Assembly: GCA_011322135.1 (NCBI GenBank)
Contig: DRNP01000043.1
Span: forward strand, 1-57,631
Direction: 5' to 3'
Source: Candidatus Kaiserbacteria bacterium
Lineage (GTDB): Bacteria; Patescibacteriota; Minisyncoccia; Phycocordibacterales; Phycocordibacteraceae
DNA length: 57,631 nucleotides
The position numbers and the translations under genes were made by a program. Below the pieces are notes generated by a model that was not told the DNA's origin, ran no database searches, and worked only from the letters and a program-made list of their open reading frames with translations. Below, one piece after another: positions 10,189-18,781 of the stretch; the stretch's first letter is position 1, and each line of letters opens with the position of its first letter.

Positions 10189-10795
10189 GTTGTTTAAGTT
10201 TATCTTTAAGTATCTTTTTAGCTCTGTGCACTCTCGTTTTTACAGCTGAAACTGACACACCTTCATCACTCGCTATTTCTTCTTGTGTCTTCCCGTCTAA
10301 AAATTGCAACCTCAACATACGCGAAGCTGTTTCAGGAAGTTTTGAAAGTGCATACAGCAACTCATTTCGAAGTGAAATCCTTTCAACAAAACCGTCTGCG
10401 AGCATGTCCGGAAATGATTCATACTGCTCCGTATTCAAAACGGCGAACCTCTCACTTGCTCGCTTTAGTTTTGCATATCTCGTAAGTGCTACTCGCGTAA
10501 GTATTGCATAAGCCCACGAAGCAAACGTGGCTCCTTCTTTATCTTTATAACTATCTGCATAAAGATATATACGTGTAAATGCGTCTTGCACCACTTCTTC
10601 AGCATCTTCTTTGGTATAAACTATCTTTCGCGCTTTACGCAAAAAAGGTATCTCGTATCTTTTTACCAGTATTTCAAACAGTGCCGGCTCACGTCGAGAG
10701 CGACGCAAAACCTCAACATCACTAATAGATGTGTCTGCAATACTTGAAATACTCATCACGCCCTGTATCATACCTTTATTCGCCTTGTCGGACAT
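10178..10795 (-). CDS. RNA polymerase sigma-70 family (ECF-type) sigma factor
   Basis: Region 2 (EEVVQDAFTRIYLYADSY..FASWAYAILTRVAL) and region 4 HTH (KTQEEIASDEGVSVSAVKTRVHRAKKIL). Confidence 0.85.
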   Translation of the reverse strand: MSDKANKGMIQGVMSISSIADTSISDVEVLRRSRREPALFEILVKRYEIPFLRKARKIVYTKEDAEEVVQDAFTRIYLYADSYKDKEGATFASWAYAILTRVALTRYAKLKRASERFAVLNTEQYESFPDMLADGFVERISLRNELLYALSKLPETASRMLRLQFLDGKTQEEIASDEGVSVSAVKTRVHRAKKILKDKLKQHDN

Positions 10796-10862
10796 TTTTC
10801 TTATAATTGGTATCAGTCATACCTCTTTTTATTATAACCGTCGATAAGGTAGCAAAAGTTAC

Positions 10863-11438
10863 ATGGCAACACTTTCATACAACGAAATAACTCCAAAAAC
10901 AGTTATCAATTTTAATGACGAGCCGTACGAAGTGCTCTCGTCACATGTTTTTCGAATGCAAAAAAGAAAACCTGTAAACCAAACCAAACTACGACACCTC
11001 GTTTCCGGTAAAGTAATCGAAAACTCATTCCACCAAAACGAAACTGTAACGGAAGCCGACATTGATACAATGAACGCAAAGTATCTTTACACAAATCACG
11101 ACGAATCGTGGTTTTGCGAAGAAGGAAATCCAAAGAATCGTTTTTCTTTCCCCGAAAATACAGTTCACACAAAAACAAAATGGCTCGTGCAAGATGCTCC
11201 CTGTTCTATTCTTTTGTACAACGATGAACCTGTTTCTGTAAAAATACCGATCAAGGTCGAGCTTGTTGTCGTAGACGCTCCGCCTGCAGTAAAAGGCGAT
11301 ACTGCAACAGGAGGGACAAAACAAATTACTCTTGCTTCAGGAGCGACAATAAACACCCCTCTCTTCATAAACGAAGGTGATGTCATTCGTATCAATACGG
11401 AAACCGGCGAATACGTTGAGCGAGTAACGAAAGCGTGA
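10863..11438 (+). CDS. efp: Elongation factor P
   Basis: Typical EF-P length and N-terminus (YEVLSSHVFRMQKRKPVNQTKLRHLVSGKV). C-terminal OB domains. TGA stop. Confidence 0.9.
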   Translation: MATLSYNEITPKTVINFNDEPYEVLSSHVFRMQKRKPVNQTKLRHLVSGKVIENSFHQNETVTEADIDTMNAKYLYTNHDESWFCEEGNPKNRFSFPENTVHTKTKWLVQDAPCSILLYNDEPVSVKIPIKVELVVVDAPPAVKGDTATGGTKQITLASGATINTPLFINEGDVIRINTETGEYVERVTKA

Positions 11439-11740
11439 ACTGCAAAAATGGAAATGGAAAATGGGGTCAGGATCCATTTTATCCAATGTTGGAAAGTTGG
11501 GAGAGTCGGACTCTCCCATATTGGATTAAAGTGAATATTTAACTACTTAAAATAAGTTGGATGAGGTGTTCTCAAGACCGCGAGCAACATGTCTAGGGAC
11601 AAGTGTAGATAATTAAATTATTTTAGTTATCTACACTTGTAATGTGACAAAACAAAAACCGGATTTTTACACCGCGACAAAAAATATCCGGTGAGTGGGG
11701 TTTAACCTCACTCACTTTCTTTAACTCTAATTCAAAAAGC

Positions 11741-11779
11741 GTGAAGGATATTCCTTCACGCTTTTTGAATGTCTTCACA
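11741..11779. terminator. Bidirectional intrinsic terminator
   Basis: ttcaaaaagcgtgaagga-ta-tccttcacgctttttgaa. It lies 20 nt downstream of the rpsR stop. Confidence 0.6.
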
Positions 11780-11798
11780 AACTTTTTAGACAAAAAAT

Positions 11799-12005
11799 CT
11801 ACGATGCAATATATGGTAAAAGTGCCATGTATCGTGAACGTTTTATTGCTTGAGTAATCTCACGCTGACGTTTTGATGTAACTCCCGTGCGCTTTCGCGG
11901 AAGAATCTTTGCGTGCGGATTTGTAAAGAGTTTTAAATACGCGACATCTTTATAGTCGACAAATTTTTTCTGCTCTATTTCTTCTCGTTCTGCTTGATGT
12001 GCCAT
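11799..12005 (-). CDS. rpsR: 30S ribosomal protein S18
   Basis: [33 protein letters not shown]. Confidence 0.9.
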   Translation of the reverse strand: MAHQAEREEIEQKKFVDYKDVAYLKLFTNPHAKILPRKRTGVTSKRQREITQAIKRSRYMALLPYIAS

Positions 12006-12023
12006 GTTGTATTTAATTAAGTA

Positions 12024-12485
12024 CTAAAACGGAATATCTTCCGGGTTAATATCCTCATCAGGATATTGAATCGCTTCGCCCTTTGCGGGAGCATCTTGTG
12101 AAGCTTGTTCGCCTGTCGGTTGGGTTTGTGTTTGCGAAGGAGTGCTTCCTCCACCACGATTTCCACCGTCACCAAACTGGAAATTATCAACAACAATCTC
12201 TGTGCGATAATTTTTACGACCATCCGACTCCCATGAACGCGTTTGCAAACGTCCTTCCACAAAAATAGGTCGTCCTTTTTTCATGTACTGACTTATAAGC
12301 TCTGCAGGACGTCCAAAAGCAACAATATTATGAAACTCTGCCACCTCTTTCTTGTTTCCTTCTTTATCTTTGTAGACGCGATTTGTAGCAAGACTAAATG
12401 TAGCTACCTGCTGACCGGAGGGAAGCGCTCGCAACTCAGGGTCGCGAGTCAAATTACCATATACAAGTGCTTTGTTGATATACAT
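12024..12485 (-). CDS. ssb: Single-stranded DNA-binding protein
   Basis: OB-fold N-terminus MYINKALVYGNLTRDPELR, Gly-rich linker, acidic tail ending DIPF. Confidence 0.9.
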   Translation of the reverse strand: MYINKALVYGNLTRDPELRALPSGQQVATFSLATNRVYKDKEGNKKEVAEFHNIVAFGRPAELISQYMKKGRPIFVEGRLQTRSWESDGRKNYRTEIVVDNFQFGDGGNRGGGSTPSQTQTQPTGEQASQDAPAKGEAIQYPDEDINPEDIPF

Positions 12486-12548
12486 CTCGTTAAAAATTAT
12501 ATTGAATAATATTCTTTACCATTATACATCACGCTTACTTCACGCAAA

Positions 12549-13049
12549 TTATACAGCCACTTCTTTTAGTGCGGCATCAAGTTGCTCTTCGGAAACATTT
12601 TCCTCCTTCGGTTTATCTGATGTTTTATCTAAAACCTTGGTGCGCATCTCGTGCTCTTCCGCCGTGTGCTCTGCAGACTCTTTAGTCGTTAAAATATCTA
12701 TAAAACGGAAAATACGCTGTTCAGATTCCGCCTCTTCGAGTACTTTTTTGTGACCTTCTGCAGTAGTCTCGTATGCAATCCACGAAAAGAATGCTGAGGA
12801 AAAGTCGTGACGCCCCGTATGCTCCATACGCGAAATGGTATATGCAAGCGCTATTTTTTCCGGCTTGCCGGTAGCCACAACTGTTCCAACGGAAGCAATC
12901 GTTTCCTTCATTGTTTGATACACCGTTTTCACATCATCTTGTGAAAGATCGGGGTCAATATGAAAACCCAACTCGTACACATGCGGTTCATTGCGACCTT
13001 CATCAACAACTGCGTCTTTAGCAGTTTCTTCTTTCTGTTTCTTTACCAT
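12549..13049 (-). CDS. rpsF: 30S ribosomal protein S6 with C-terminal acidic extension
   Basis: Position at the head of the rpsF-ssb-rpsR operon. YELGFHIDPDLSQDDVKTVYQTMKETI fits the S6 fold pattern. Confidence 0.8.
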   Translation of the reverse strand: MVKKQKEETAKDAVVDEGRNEPHVYELGFHIDPDLSQDDVKTVYQTMKETIASVGTVVATGKPEKIALAYTISRMEHTGRHDFSSAFFSWIAYETTAEGHKKVLEEAESEQRIFRFIDILTTKESAEHTAEEHEMRTKVLDKTSDKPKEENVSEEQLDAALKEVAV

Positions 13050-13161
13050 AATATCGCAATCCTAACACGCGTTCGACCCTGAAGCAAGGTTGCCAATATC
13101 TTTATATTATTTTCTAACATACAAATACATGACTAATCTAAAAAACACTTCGTTAAAACTT

Positions 13162-13959
13162 TTATACCAACTTAAAAAGTCTCATGGCGTTTTCAACTGT
13201 GGAAACTCGCATTGATTCTTCACTCTCTCCGCGAATACCGGCAAGAGCAGAAACCACATCTTTTACAGCAAGCGGGTCATTCCTCGTTCCTCTGCGTGAA
13301 GCGGGGGCAACATACGGCGAATCGGTTTCAGAAAGAATCATGTCGCGTGGAGCAAAGCGTATTGCTTCATCATAGTCTCTAGCAAAAGTTATAACCGCCG
13401 TATACGAAATTGTAAAACCTAGCTCGAGAAATGCTCGCGCCTCGTCAACGCCTCCTGCGAAAAAGTGCATGTTGCCTGTTAGAGAATCTCCATATTCCCT
13501 CTTCGCACTTTTTAGTAAATCGATAATGTCATGGTACGCATCCATCGACTTTTCAGATGGACGTGCATGTATCATTAAGGGTTTGTTTACTTTTACAGCG
13601 AGAGCAATCTGCGCTTCAAAAAGAGGCACCTGCTTCGAGCGTGCTTCCGCAACATTATCAATACGAAAATACTCGAGACCGCACTCTCCTATTGCAACGG
13701 TACGATTATTATTTGCGAGCTTCATGAAAGCGTGGTCGTCAAAGACATTGTTTGTTTCTATCGGATGCTGACCAACCGCTGAAAAAACATGTTCGTATTT
13801 CTCAGCAAGCGCCACCGCCCTCTCGGAAGACTCCTCATCTACACCGACAGCAACCGTACCGATATTTTCTTTCATCATTTTCGACAAAAGTTCTTCTCTA
13901 TCCTCATTAAACTCATCGCCTTCTATATGGCTGTGTGCGTCAAAGTATTGAAATGACAT
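13162..13959 (-). CDS. tatD: TatD-family metal-dependent hydrolase (DNase)
   Basis: FDAHSHIEG N-terminal metal motif, ECGLEY, MIHARPS, HFFAGG, ETDSPY. Confidence 0.85.
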   Translation of the reverse strand: MSFQYFDAHSHIEGDEFNEDREELLSKMMKENIGTVAVGVDEESSERAVALAEKYEHVFSAVGQHPIETNNVFDDHAFMKLANNNRTVAIGECGLEYFRIDNVAEARSKQVPLFEAQIALAVKVNKPLMIHARPSEKSMDAYHDIIDLLKSAKREYGDSLTGNMHFFAGGVDEARAFLELGFTISYTAVITFARDYDEAIRFAPRDMILSETDSPYVAPASRRGTRNDPLAVKDVVSALAGIRGESEESMRVSTVENAMRLFKLV

Positions 13960-13977
13960 AAAAAGAGCGTAGCACGT

Positions 13978-14229
13978 CTACTGATACACGTCATGCGTGC
14001 CAACATCAATGTAATATGAAGCTTTCTTTGTCATCTTCACGACGACACGATACGAAAAATTCGCTGAAAACGCATGGTACGCTCGCATTCTGCCATGCAG
14101 TCTGTGTAGTCCAATCGATTCACGCTCGCCCGCCTCAAATAAACGAATTGCACGTGCTATATCTTGTCGAACAGGCGATTCATATTTCTGAAGAGTACGA
14201 AGAAACTTCCCTGTCGAAAAATATCGCAT
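13978..14229 (-). CDS. Type II toxin, RelE/ParE superfamily
   Basis: 83 aa. C-terminal pattern LHGRMRAYHAFSANFSYRVVVKM...YYIDVGTHDVY. Its start overlaps the antitoxin stop by 1 nt. Confidence 0.6.
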   Translation of the reverse strand: MRYFSTGKFLRTLQKYESPVRQDIARAIRLFEAGERESIGLHRLHGRMRAYHAFSANFSYRVVVKMTKKASYYIDVGTHDVYQ

Positions 14230-14450
14230 TACTCGAAGTGCTTGATGAGTTCGAGTACGTCGCCCTCGTAGACTCGTCCTGTCTTAATATCTTCTTCTGC
14301 TTCACGAATGCGTGCAAGAGCACGCTCCTCTCGAAGCCGTCTGAGTGCGTAGCGCACGAGATGTGCTTTTGACTCACTCGTTCCTTCGGCGAGCTCTTGC
14401 TCAATGAACGCCTCAAGGTCTTTTGTAATTGGTACGGTGATAGTTGACAT
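14229..14450 (-). CDS. Ribbon-helix-helix (CopG/ParD-like) antitoxin
   Basis: 73 aa. MSTITVPITKDLEAFIEQE (RHH strand plus helix). Located upstream of and overlapping the toxin. Confidence 0.6.
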   Translation of the reverse strand: MSTITVPITKDLEAFIEQELAEGTSESKAHLVRYALRRLREERALARIREAEEDIKTGRVYEGDVLELIKHFE

Positions 14451-14489
14451 GTACTAAAGTATAGTACTATGGCGTAGTATATGCAAGAC

Positions 14490-14624
14490 CTACAGCAGTC
14501 CTTCTTTTATTAGAGCGTCTTGGATGCGCTCGAACATGAGGCGATGACCTTCGGCATGTAGACGATTCGCCCAACCGCCGTATTCACTATCAAAGAACCC
14601 TTGCGTGATACTGTCGCCGAAAAT
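14490..14624 (-). pseudogene. N-terminal remnant of an SGNH/GDSL hydrolase gene (about 44 codons, no ATG)
   Basis: Minus-strand frame reads (INIL)IFGDSITQGFFDSEYGGWANRLHAEGHRLMFERIQDALIKEGLL*. This includes GDS(I/L) block I of SGNH hydrolases but is truncated. It is wedged between the metG stop and the TA pair. Confidence 0.4.
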
Positions 14625-16069
14625 TAGTATATTAATACGGCACGTTCTAACCGCGGGAACAGGTTCTCGGGCTTGGTGTTGGCGATGACAGCCTTTTTTA
14701 CGGCGTCACTCGTGTGTGGCATGAATGGCTGTAGAAGGTGTCCAATGTGGTAGAGCTCGGTCGCGCAGTCAGCGATGATTGACTTCCCTTTCTCCGGGTC
14801 GGTCTTTACCACTTTAAACGGCTCTTGTTTTGTAATTTTTTCATCTAGATTCTGAATCCTGCTCCAAATATAATCAATCATCTCATTCAAGCGATAATTT
14901 TCGAGCGCATCTGTGTATTCTTTATTAAAAGATGTTTCCTCTTCCGGCTTTGGCGGTTTCTCCAGATACGTTTCTGCCAGCTTCATTACTCTGGCAACGA
15001 GATTACCAAGACCGTTTACCAAATTTGCCGTGTACCATTCGTCCATACGCTCCCACGTAACATCCGTATCATCTGTCGGATGTATATGTCGTAAAAGAAT
15101 ATACCTCGTAGCATCAGTTCCATATTTTTCGATAAGTTCGTACGGGCTTATTACATTGCCTAAACTTTTACTCATCTTGTGTCCATTGGACGTGATAAAT
15201 CCGTGATACAAAACCGTATCCGTAGCAGATAATCCAGCAGACTTAAGCATCGCCTGCCATAAAATTGACTGGAAGCGTATTTGGTCTTTCCCTGCGACCT
15301 GTAGCGTATATCCGTCTTCCCAAAACTTCTTAAAAAGTTCTCCTCCGTCAGCAGTCCAGCCGAGCGCGGAAATATAATTTACCAAAGCGTCAAACCAAAC
15401 ATACATAACTTGACCGTCATCGTCCGGTACGGGTATTCCCCATGATAAACGCGCTTTTTCACGAGAAATACTTAAATCTTCAAGTCCGGACCTTACAAAA
15501 TTGAGTGCCTCCGTACGTCTCCAATCCGGCGATACCGTTTCAGACTGTTCAAGATATTCTTCCAGATATTCTTGATATTTTGAAAGTGCGAAAAAATAGT
15601 TTTCCTCCTCTATTTCAACAGGATCCATATTAGGGTGATTTGGACACTTGCCGTCTACCAAATCACTGTCTCGCAAAAACATTTCGTCACCGACACAATA
15701 CAATCCACGATATTTCTTTTTATAAATATCGCCGTTTGCTTTACAAAGGTTCCAAAACTCTTGTGCCACAGCAATATGTTTTTTGTCCGTGGTGCGGACA
15801 AAATTATCATAAGAAAGATTTAGAGCTTTTTTTAGTCGGTCAAATTCACTTGCATAGTGATTGACATATTCTTGTACATCTTGACCTGCTTGTTGTGATT
15901 TCTGAAATATCTTTTGACCATGTTCATCTGTGCCTGTATTAAAGAAAACTTCTTCTCCTTGTTTTCTCCATGTGCGTGCCAACGCATCTGCCTGCAAAAG
16001 CTCCACCGCAAACCCAACATGTGGGTCGGAGTTTACATACGGGAGTGTCGTTGTTATGTAACGCGCCAT
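14624..16069 (-). CDS. metG: Methionyl-tRNA synthetase (short form, no C-terminal tRNA-binding domain)
   Basis: TTTLPYVNSDPHVGFA (HIGH region), KMSKSLGN, anticodon-binding helical C-terminus. 481 aa. Confidence 0.9.
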   Translation of the reverse strand: MARYITTTLPYVNSDPHVGFAVELLQADALARTWRKQGEEVFFNTGTDEHGQKIFQKSQQAGQDVQEYVNHYASEFDRLKKALNLSYDNFVRTTDKKHIAVAQEFWNLCKANGDIYKKKYRGLYCVGDEMFLRDSDLVDGKCPNHPNMDPVEIEEENYFFALSKYQEYLEEYLEQSETVSPDWRRTEALNFVRSGLEDLSISREKARLSWGIPVPDDDGQVMYVWFDALVNYISALGWTADGGELFKKFWEDGYTLQVAGKDQIRFQSILWQAMLKSAGLSATDTVLYHGFITSNGHKMSKSLGNVISPYELIEKYGTDATRYILLRHIHPTDDTDVTWERMDEWYTANLVNGLGNLVARVMKLAETYLEKPPKPEEETSFNKEYTDALENYRLNEMIDYIWSRIQNLDEKITKQEPFKVVKTDPEKGKSIIADCATELYHIGHLLQPFMPHTSDAVKKAVIANTKPENLFPRLERAVLIY

Positions 16070-16077
16070 ATAAAAAA

Positions 16078-17142
16078 CTATTTCCTTGCAAAACGAGCAC
16101 GGCGTCCTTTGTCCAAGTCACCTACAAATTCTTGCAAAATTGCCGCAAGAGGAATGGACAACAATAACCCGAGGAAACCCGCGAGCTCTCCTCCCGCCAC
16201 CATTGCAACAATAACGAGAAGTGGCGGAACTCCGACAATTTTTTTCACTACAAGCGGGTAAATAAGATGTGCTTCAAATTGATTTACTACAATATATAAA
16301 CCTGCCACAATTACAGAAAGTGTTGCTCCGCCGGTTGTAAAAGCAATGGCAATGGCGGGAACTGCGGCAATAAACGAACCAAATATCGGAATAATCTCCA
16401 TCATAGCGGTAAAAATACCGATGAGAAGAGCATAAGGAATACCTATTATAAGCAGTCCCAGATAAACAAGAACTCCGACCAAAACCGAGAGCATAATCTG
16501 TCCCTGCATCCAAAGACCTATTTTCTTTTGTGACCTGCGCCAAAGGTCGATGACGTACTCTTCTTGAGACAAAGGAGTTATCGTACGTAAAAACCCTTCA
16601 ATTCCCTCTTCTTGAACAGCAAAATAAAATGAAAGAACGATAACGAATATCAGAGAAAACAGTCCGCCGAATACGGTAGCCAAAAGACTAAACGCCCCGG
16701 CAGAAGTATTAGTGAAGGCCTTTTGTAGAGAGAACAAAGACTGTACAAACGAAGTTCCCGTTCCGCTTGCGTTTGTCGACAAAAAACTACTTGCTCCGGA
16801 GGAACCAAACGGTGCCGGCAAAGAAAAACTTTGCAAATAGTGCGGTAGAGCATTTATAAAATTACCAACCTCTCCTAAAAGTGGCGGCAGGAAAAAATAA
16901 ATGAAACCAAACAGTGCACCGAACACTGCCGTATACATTCCAAAGACCGCAAGTGCGCGCGGTAATTTATATCGCATGAAAAAAAGAACCCCGGGTCGAA
17001 TAGCGGAAGCCATCACTATCGCTGTTACAACAAGCAATACCAAATCACGAAGAGTCCATAGTGCATATGCGATTAAACCGATTACCAACGCCGTAACAAT
17101 GGTGCCGGAGGTAATAGAAATACTGTAACGAGTATCTTTCAT
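16078..17142 (-). CDS. AI-2E family (PerM/UPF0118) transporter
   Basis: Eight or so TM segments. Family-typical MEIIPIFGSFIAAVPAIAIAF and IYPLVVKKIVGVPPLLV. Confidence 0.8.
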   Translation of the reverse strand: MKDTRYSISITSGTIVTALVIGLIAYALWTLRDLVLLVVTAIVMASAIRPGVLFFMRYKLPRALAVFGMYTAVFGALFGFIYFFLPPLLGEVGNFINALPHYLQSFSLPAPFGSSGASSFLSTNASGTGTSFVQSLFSLQKAFTNTSAGAFSLLATVFGGLFSLIFVIVLSFYFAVQEEGIEGFLRTITPLSQEEYVIDLWRRSQKKIGLWMQGQIMLSVLVGVLVYLGLLIIGIPYALLIGIFTAMMEIIPIFGSFIAAVPAIAIAFTTGGATLSVIVAGLYIVVNQFEAHLIYPLVVKKIVGVPPLLVIVAMVAGGELAGFLGLLLSIPLAAILQEFVGDLDKGRRARFARK

Positions 17143-17303
17143 AATTCGAATAATACCACACGTAGTGCGCGGTTATACTATCGCACTGCAGGACAATACA
17201 AAGAAACAAAATTGTGCGCGAGTAAAACCGGCGAGCTTTATAAAGAAAGACTTTATACAAAGACACAAAATGCACAAAGACTTTTATGTGTGCTTTTTTA
17301 GAA

Positions 17304-17335
17304 AAAGTTTACACAATTAATCTCGTGTAAACTTT
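17304..17335 (-). terminator. Intrinsic terminator after glyQS
   Basis: Minus strand: aaagtttacac-gagattaatt-gtgtaaacttt followed by ttct. It begins 8 nt after the glyQS stop. Confidence 0.5.
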
Positions 17336-17342
17336 TCAATGA

Positions 17343-18746
17343 CTAAATAACGGCTCTTATCTTCGAGGCAAGTTCATTTGCATGGACACGCTCTTGTTCA
17401 CCGCTATCACGATGACGCAATGTAACCGTATTTTCCATCTCCGGTTTTTCTCCCAGAGTATCGAAATCAATTGTAATACAAAAAGGTGTGCCTATCTCAT
17501 CTTGTCTGCGATATCGTTTTCCGATATTTCCATTGTCATCCCACATAATTTGCGGAATATCTTTTTTCAACTCTTCGTAGATTTTTCGAGCCTTATCTAC
17601 AAGTGCCGGTTTATTTTTTAAAAGTGGTGATACCATCGCTTTTACCGGAGCAATCTTTGGAGAGAGTTTCAATACAACGCGCGTCTCATTATTTACAGTA
17701 TCCTCGTAATACGCATCTGTGAGAACCGCCAAAAAAAGTCGCCCGAGCCCCATCGATGTCTCAAGTATCCACGGAGTATATTTTTCTCCTGTTTTCGGAT
17801 CAACATATCGTAAATCAACACCTGAAAACTTTTGATGCTGTGTCAAATCATAGTCACTTCTGTCATGAATTCCTTCCAACTCATCAAAACCCCACGGATA
17901 TTTATATTCAATATCCCATGCATCTTTTGCATAAAATACGAGATTTTCATGTTGCTTAAATCTGAGATTTTCTTCGCGAATACCTAAAGCGAGATACCAC
18001 TCCATGCGCTCTTTTTTAAGAGATTCGTACGCTTCTTTATTTTCGTTCGGCTTTATAAAAAGCTGTGTGTCTGCCTGCTCAAACTCGCGAGTACGGAAAA
18101 GAAAGTTTCGTGGAGAAATCTCATTGCGAAATGCCTTACCTATTTGCGCAACTCCGAAAGGAATCTTCGGGTGCATCGAATCTACTATATTTTTATAATC
18201 GAGATATATACCCTGACTTGCTTCGCCCGGCAGATAAACCGGCTCCGCTTCGTCGGACGTAAAATCACCGAGGTTCGACTTTACCAAAAGATTAAATTTG
18301 CGTACTGCTGAAAAATTATGCTCACCGCATTTCTTACAAGCAATCTCCGCACGGTGAGCGTCAAAAAGAGTATTGATTTCTTCTTCGCTCATTTTTTCAT
18401 CTGCAGTCACACCTATCGCTTCAAGCACTTTGTCGACACGAATACGTGTATTGCATTTTTTGCACTCGGCAAGCGGGTCTGAAAAACCACTTGTGTGTCC
18501 ACTGGCTTCCCATGTGCGTGGATTTTTAAACATGCCGGAATCCAAACCGTACCAATTTTCACGCATCGAAACATTTGCATCCCACCATACTCGCTTTAAA
18601 TTATTTAAAAGCTCGACACCTCTTGGACCAAAATCATATACTCCCGCGAGCCCGCCGTATATTTCAGAACCGGGGAAAACAAAACCGCGTCGTTTGGCAA
18701 GCGAGACAATGGTTTCCATAACAGATTTTTGTGATGATTTTTCCAT
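17343..18746 (-). CDS. glyQS: Glycyl-tRNA synthetase (alpha2 class II type)
   Basis: IVSLAKRRGFVFPGSEIYGGLAGVYDFGPRGVELLNNLKRVWW; class II motifs (FRNEISPRNFLFRTREFEQ); anticodon-binding C-terminus. Confidence 0.9.
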   Translation of the reverse strand: MEKSSQKSVMETIVSLAKRRGFVFPGSEIYGGLAGVYDFGPRGVELLNNLKRVWWDANVSMRENWYGLDSGMFKNPRTWEASGHTSGFSDPLAECKKCNTRIRVDKVLEAIGVTADEKMSEEEINTLFDAHRAEIACKKCGEHNFSAVRKFNLLVKSNLGDFTSDEAEPVYLPGEASQGIYLDYKNIVDSMHPKIPFGVAQIGKAFRNEISPRNFLFRTREFEQADTQLFIKPNENKEAYESLKKERMEWYLALGIREENLRFKQHENLVFYAKDAWDIEYKYPWGFDELEGIHDRSDYDLTQHQKFSGVDLRYVDPKTGEKYTPWILETSMGLGRLFLAVLTDAYYEDTVNNETRVVLKLSPKIAPVKAMVSPLLKNKPALVDKARKIYEELKKDIPQIMWDDNGNIGKRYRRQDEIGTPFCITIDFDTLGEKPEMENTVTLRHRDSGEQERVHANELASKIRAVI

Positions 18747-18781
18747 ATAACAAATACTCTACGATAAAAACACGCACGAAG

